DNA of 64,000 nucleotides from Alphaproteobacteria bacterium (GTDB lineage Bacteria; Pseudomonadota; Alphaproteobacteria; RF32; CAG-239): NCBI GenBank assembly GCA_017465405.1, contig JAFTWG010000013.1, positions 7,739 to 71,738 of the forward strand, read 5' to 3'. Shown piece by piece: positions 60,247 to 64,000 of this stretch (position 1 is its first letter; each line of letters starts with the position of its first letter). The notes under the pieces were generated by a model. It saw only the letters and a program-made list of their open reading frames with translations, ran no database searches and was not told where the DNA came from. The position numbers and the translations under genes were made by a program.

Positions 60247-63055
60247 TTAGTTTTTCACGCAAATATTTCCCCGTATAGCTTTTTGGGGATTTTGCGACTT
60301 CCTCCGGAGTTCCCTGTACAACAATTTTTCCTCCTCCATCGCCACCTTCCGGTCCCATATCTACAATATGATCAGCTACTTTGATAACATCTAAATTGTG
60401 TTCGATAACAATAACAGTATTACCTTGTTCAACAAGGGTTTGCAGAACTTTCAGTAATTTACTTATGTCTTCAAAATGCAAACCTGTTGTAGGTTCATCC
60501 AAAATATATAAAGTTTTTCCTGTTGCTTTTTTAGACAATTCTTTAGATAGTTTAATTCGTTGAGCTTCGCCACCTGATAGTGTAGTTGCCGATTGTCCGA
60601 GATGAATATATCCTAAACCAACTTTTTGCAGAAGTTCCAAACGATTCTTAATAGACGGAATTGCTTCAAAAAAGGTGTGAGCCTCATCAACGGTCATATC
60701 AAGAACATCGGCTATTGATTTTCCTTTATATTTCACCTCCAAGGTTTCACGATTGAAGCGCTTGCCTTTGCAAACATCACAAGCCACATAAACATCGGGC
60801 AAGAAGTGCATTTCTATTTTAGTAACTCCGTCACCTTGGCAAGCTTCACATCTTCCGCCGGCGACATTAAAAGAAAATCTTCCGGCAGAATATCCTCTTG
60901 CTTTTGCTTCGGGCAGTCCGGCAAACCATTCTCGAATATAAGAAAATACACCGGTATAAGTTGCCGGATTGGAACGAGGTGTTCTGCCGATTGGTGATTG
61001 GTCTATATCTATAACTTTGTCAATATTTTCAAGTCCTGATAGCTTATCATATTTTCCGACATGTTCCCGACTTCCGTTAAGCTCTTTATTGATAGCCTTA
61101 AAAAGTGTTTCCAATATTAGCGAAGATTTTCCACCGCCCGAAACTCCGGTAACACAAGTAAAAGTTCCTAAAGGAATTTTCAAATCAACGTTTTTAAGAT
61201 TATTGGTTTTTGCTCCGGTAATTTCGATAAATTTTCCATTTCCGTTTCTGCGACGAATTGGAACAGATATTTCTTTTTTTCCGGTAATATATTGCGCAGT
61301 GATACTGTGTTGATTTTTCAAAACCTCATCAACAGTGCCTTGTGCCATAACTTTTCCGCCGTTTTCTCCGGCTCCGGGACCCATATCCACTAAAAAATCA
61401 GCTGTTTTAATTGCATCTTCATCGTGTTCTACAACAATAACAGTATTTCCAATGTCTCGTAAACGATTTAATGTTGACAACAAGCGGTCATTATCTCTTT
61501 GATGTAAACCGATAGATGGTTCATCTAAAACATACATAACACCGGTTAGTCCTGAACCGATTTGTGAAGCCAGGCGTATTCTTTGAGCTTCTCCGCCGGA
61601 TAGAGAACCTGATTGTCTGGAAAGTGTTAAATATTCCAATCCGACATTATTCAAAAATTGCAAACGTTCAATTATTTCTTTTAAGATTTTAGATGCTATT
61701 TCTGCTTTTTTAGGCGATAATTGTTCTTCCACTTTTGAGAACCATTCCAAAGCCTGTTTGATAGACATTTCTGACGCATCCATAATATCAAGTCCGCAAA
61801 TTTTAATGGCCAAAGCTTCCGGTTTTAAGCGCTTGCCTTTACAGTAATCACAGGTTGCAGCAGATTGATATTTTGAAAATTCTTCTCTTACCCAACTTGA
61901 GTCTGTTTCCAAAAATCGACGTTCCATATTAGGGATTACGCCTTCAAAAGGCTTGTCGGTTACAAAACGAGAATAATACATCGGAATACACACATTTCCC
62001 GAACCGTAGAGAATAATGTTTTTTGCTTTTTCAGGAATATCTTTCCACGGAGTCTTATTATCAATTCCCAAAAAGTCGCATAAAGAGGTAATTGTTTGAC
62101 TATAAAATGCAGAACGTCCGGCATCCCAAGGCGCAATAGCCCCTTTTGAAAGTGAGAGATTAGGATTAGGCACAATTAGCTCCGGATCCATATATAACCT
62201 CGCACCTATCCCGTCACAATGAGGACAAGCACCATAAGGATTATTAAATGAAAATAATCTGGGTTCGATTTCTTCAATGGTAAATCCTGAAACAGGACAA
62301 GCAAATTTGGAAGAATAAGTTTTTATTTCACCAATGCTTATATTTTCAACAAATAAAAGTCCGTCACTTAATTTGAGAGCAGTTTCTATTGACTGTGATA
62401 AACGTTCTTCGAGTCCTGTTTTTATTACTATACGATCGACAATAACTTCAATGTTGTGTTTTTGATTCTTATTTAATTCCGGAGTTTCATCAAGACTATA
62501 TAAATCCCCATCGATTTTTATACGCTGAAATCCTTGTCTTCTTAAATTTTCAAATTCTTTTTTAAATTCTCCTTTTTTACCTCGTGCAATAGGAGCTAAA
62601 AGCATAACTTTATTTCCTTCCGGAAGTTCCATAATGGCATCGACCATTTGTGAAACAGTTTGAGATTCAATCGGAAGTCCTGTTGCAGGAGAATAGGGAG
62701 TTCCAGCTCTTGCCCATAACAGACGCATATAATCATATATTTCGGTAATTGTACCGACGGTGGAACGAGGATTATGAGAAGTTGTTTTTTGTTCAATGGA
62801 GATGGCGGGAGATAATCCTTCAATGGAATCCACTTCAGGTTTTTTCATCAAATCTAAAAATTGACGAGCGTATGCTGACAAACTTTCTACATATCTGCGC
62901 TGTCCCTCGGCATAAATTGTATCAAAAGCCAAAGAAGACTTTCCAGAGCCCGATATACCGGTTATCACGGTCAGTTTGTTTTTAGGGATTTTTATATCAA
63001 TATTTTTAAGATTATGTTCTCTTGCACCTTTTATGTCTATATATTCCATCATCAA
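60242..63055 (-). CDS. uvrA: excinuclease ABC subunit A
   Basis: 937 aa. Two ABC ATPase modules (GISGSGKSS / GVSGGGKSS Walker A; LSGGE signatures) and zinc-finger CxxC pairs. Confidence 0.95.
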   Translation of the reverse strand: MMMEYIDIKGAREHNLKNIDIKIPKNKLTVITGISGSGKSSLAFDTIYAEGQRRYVESLSAYARQFLDLMKKPEVDSIEGLSPAISIEQKTTSHNPRSTVGTITEIYDYMRLLWARAGTPYSPATGLPIESQTVSQMVDAIMELPEGNKVMLLAPIARGKKGEFKKEFENLRRQGFQRIKIDGDLYSLDETPELNKNQKHNIEVIVDRIVIKTGLEERLSQSIETALKLSDGLLFVENISIGEIKTYSSKFACPVSGFTIEEIEPRLFSFNNPYGACPHCDGIGARLYMDPELIVPNPNLSLSKGAIAPWDAGRSAFYSQTITSLCDFLGIDNKTPWKDIPEKAKNIILYGSGNVCIPMYYSRFVTDKPFEGVIPNMERRFLETDSSWVREEFSKYQSAATCDYCKGKRLKPEALAIKICGLDIMDASEMSIKQALEWFSKVEEQLSPKKAEIASKILKEIIERLQFLNNVGLEYLTLSRQSGSLSGGEAQRIRLASQIGSGLTGVMYVLDEPSIGLHQRDNDRLLSTLNRLRDIGNTVIVVEHDEDAIKTADFLVDMGPGAGENGGKVMAQGTVDEVLKNQHSITAQYITGKKEISVPIRRRNGNGKFIEITGAKTNNLKNVDLKIPLGTFTCVTGVSGGGKSSLILETLFKAINKELNGSREHVGKYDKLSGLENIDKVIDIDQSPIGRTPRSNPATYTGVFSYIREWFAGLPEAKARGYSAGRFSFNVAGGRCEACQGDGVTKIEMHFLPDVYVACDVCKGKRFNRETLEVKYKGKSIADVLDMTVDEAHTFFEAIPSIKNRLELLQKVGLGYIHLGQSATTLSGGEAQRIKLSKELSKKATGKTLYILDEPTTGLHFEDISKLLKVLQTLVEQGNTVIVIEHNLDVIKVADHIVDMGPEGGDGGGKIVVQGTPEEVAKSPKSYTGKYLREKLK

Positions 63056-63223
63056 TCTCCTGTGGAAAATATAGACAGCAACAATAAAATTAGCAACAAA
63101 AATTCAAAAAATAAGCCAAGAAAAGAGATATTTTGTCAATAACGGTGCTTTATGCTTGCCAATATATTAAAAATTAGTTAATATTGGTAGAGTTTAGTAC
63201 TAAATAAAAAAAAGAAGAACGAG

Positions 63224-64000
63224 ATGAAGAACTTTTTTAGAAATATAATAATGGGAGCGGTGATGCTCTCTCCGTTTAATGCCTTTGCAGAAATAAATAT
63301 TGCGGTTGTTACACCTATGGGGAATGACTACAAATATTTTAGTGAAGAGCTGATTAATGGTGCAAAAATTGCGGTTGATGAAATCAATAATCGTGGCGGT
63401 TTACAAGGAAAAAAGGTAAATCTTATACCTATTGATGATCCTTGTGATGACAACCTTTCTCTTTCGGCTGCGCAAATGATGTCATTAAACAAGGTTGCAG
63501 ATAATAAAATTTATATGGTAATCGGTCCTACTTGCGGTAATGCTGCTGATGATGTTGCCGAATTGTTGGCAAAAGCAAAAATTTTACAAGTACATCCGAC
63601 AAGTGTCAGCAAAGCCAGATATAATCGTGCACATAAAGGAATAATTCATTTTACCGGATATAAAGAAGAGCAAGCAAAAGAATTGACACGTTTTGTATTT
63701 TCTCATTATCCGCAACATACAATGGCCGTATTTTATGACGGTAAAGATATGGATATGACTTCAGTTGCCGATACCATAAGGCTTGAATATGAAAAGCCGG
63801 ACAGCAAAGGTGGTTTAATTCTGATTAACTATGCAGAGCAGGGCGGAGATATTGATGCAGCTGTATCAAAAGCAATAGACGGAGAAGCTACTCTCGTTTA
63901 TATTTTAGGCACTCATGATAACATTACAAAGACAATTGAAAAGTTAAAGACACAAGATTCTGAAATTATTGTTTTTGCAGACAGATATAGTTTAAACAAA
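63224..64000 (+). CDS. ABC transporter periplasmic substrate-binding protein (branched-chain amino-acid / LivK-like), 3'-truncated by the window end
   Basis: Signal peptide ending FAEINI, then type-I periplasmic-binding fold motifs (IAVVTPMGNDYKY..., DDPCDD). Confidence 0.7.
   Translation, partial: MKNFFRNIIMGAVMLSPFNAFAEINIAVVTPMGNDYKYFSEELINGAKIAVDEINNRGGLQGKKVNLIPIDDPCDDNLSLSAAQMMSLNKVADNKIYMVIGPTCGNAADDVAELLAKAKILQVHPTSVSKARYNRAHKGIIHFTGYKEEQAKELTRFVFSHYPQHTMAVFYDGKDMDMTSVADTIRLEYEKPDSKGGLILINYAEQGGDIDAAVSKAIDGEATLVYILGTHDNITKTIEKLKTQDSEIIVFADRYSLNK

Noticed and set aside
1-64000. Mobile elements (IS/transposase/integrase), CRISPR arrays, rRNA
   Set aside because: None detectable by reading ORF products and repeats. 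The only mobility hints are compositional islands and the tRNA-Val pseudo-repeat.

Overview
AT-rich chromosomal segment, roughly 30-42% GC by gene, from a diderm and probably anaerobic bacterium. The diderm call rests on MlaA/MlaC, an RND AcrAB-like pump, two type-V autotransporters, a SPOR protein and NagZ. The anaerobe call rests on a HydE-like [FeFe]-hydrogenase maturase. Gene content looks proteobacterial; lineage cannot be fixed from sequence alone.

Coding density is high. Core genes: trkA, dus, hydE, a tetR-acrA-acrB-like operon, mlaA/mlaC, lon, hup, tRNA-Val, nagB-nagA, an M29 aminopeptidase, S41 peptidase-rnr-xth, nagZ, gyrA, uvrA. These are interleaved with accessory material: (a) a minus-strand glycan/LPS-type cluster (17.1-25.6 kb: DegT aminotransferase, TupA-like ATP-grasp, RgpF-family and GT2 enzymes); (b) two large autotransporters, one Pmp-like with GGAI/FxxN repeats, one with ankyrin, EGF-like and novel NxGNGxVYG repeats; (c) a MORN-repeat secreted protein next to tRNA-Val; (d) a strongly GC-shifted foreign gene (12.9-13.9 kb); (e) a zeta-toxin-like P-loop kinase with an overlapping upstream mini-ORF.

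Three things seem most worth a second look. First, a short basic beta-hairpin-like peptide module (consensus around TTIKFLGIPLFKIK / HTIIKICKIPVFR) is appended to the N- or C-termini of six different enzymes of the glycan cluster. I read it as a candidate shared docking or membrane-targeting tag that I do not recognise as a described domain. Second, a 53-aa Cys-rich metallothionein-like gene with a strong RBS and terminator is missed by the supplied ORF track, which reports a wrong-frame ORF there. Third, a structured 285-bp leader upstream of the second autotransporter is flanked by perfect 15-bp direct repeats and ends in an intrinsic terminator about 23 nt before the start codon.

No CRISPR arrays, rRNA genes, transposases or integrases were seen. 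Coordinates of hairpins and promoters are approximate (a few nt).
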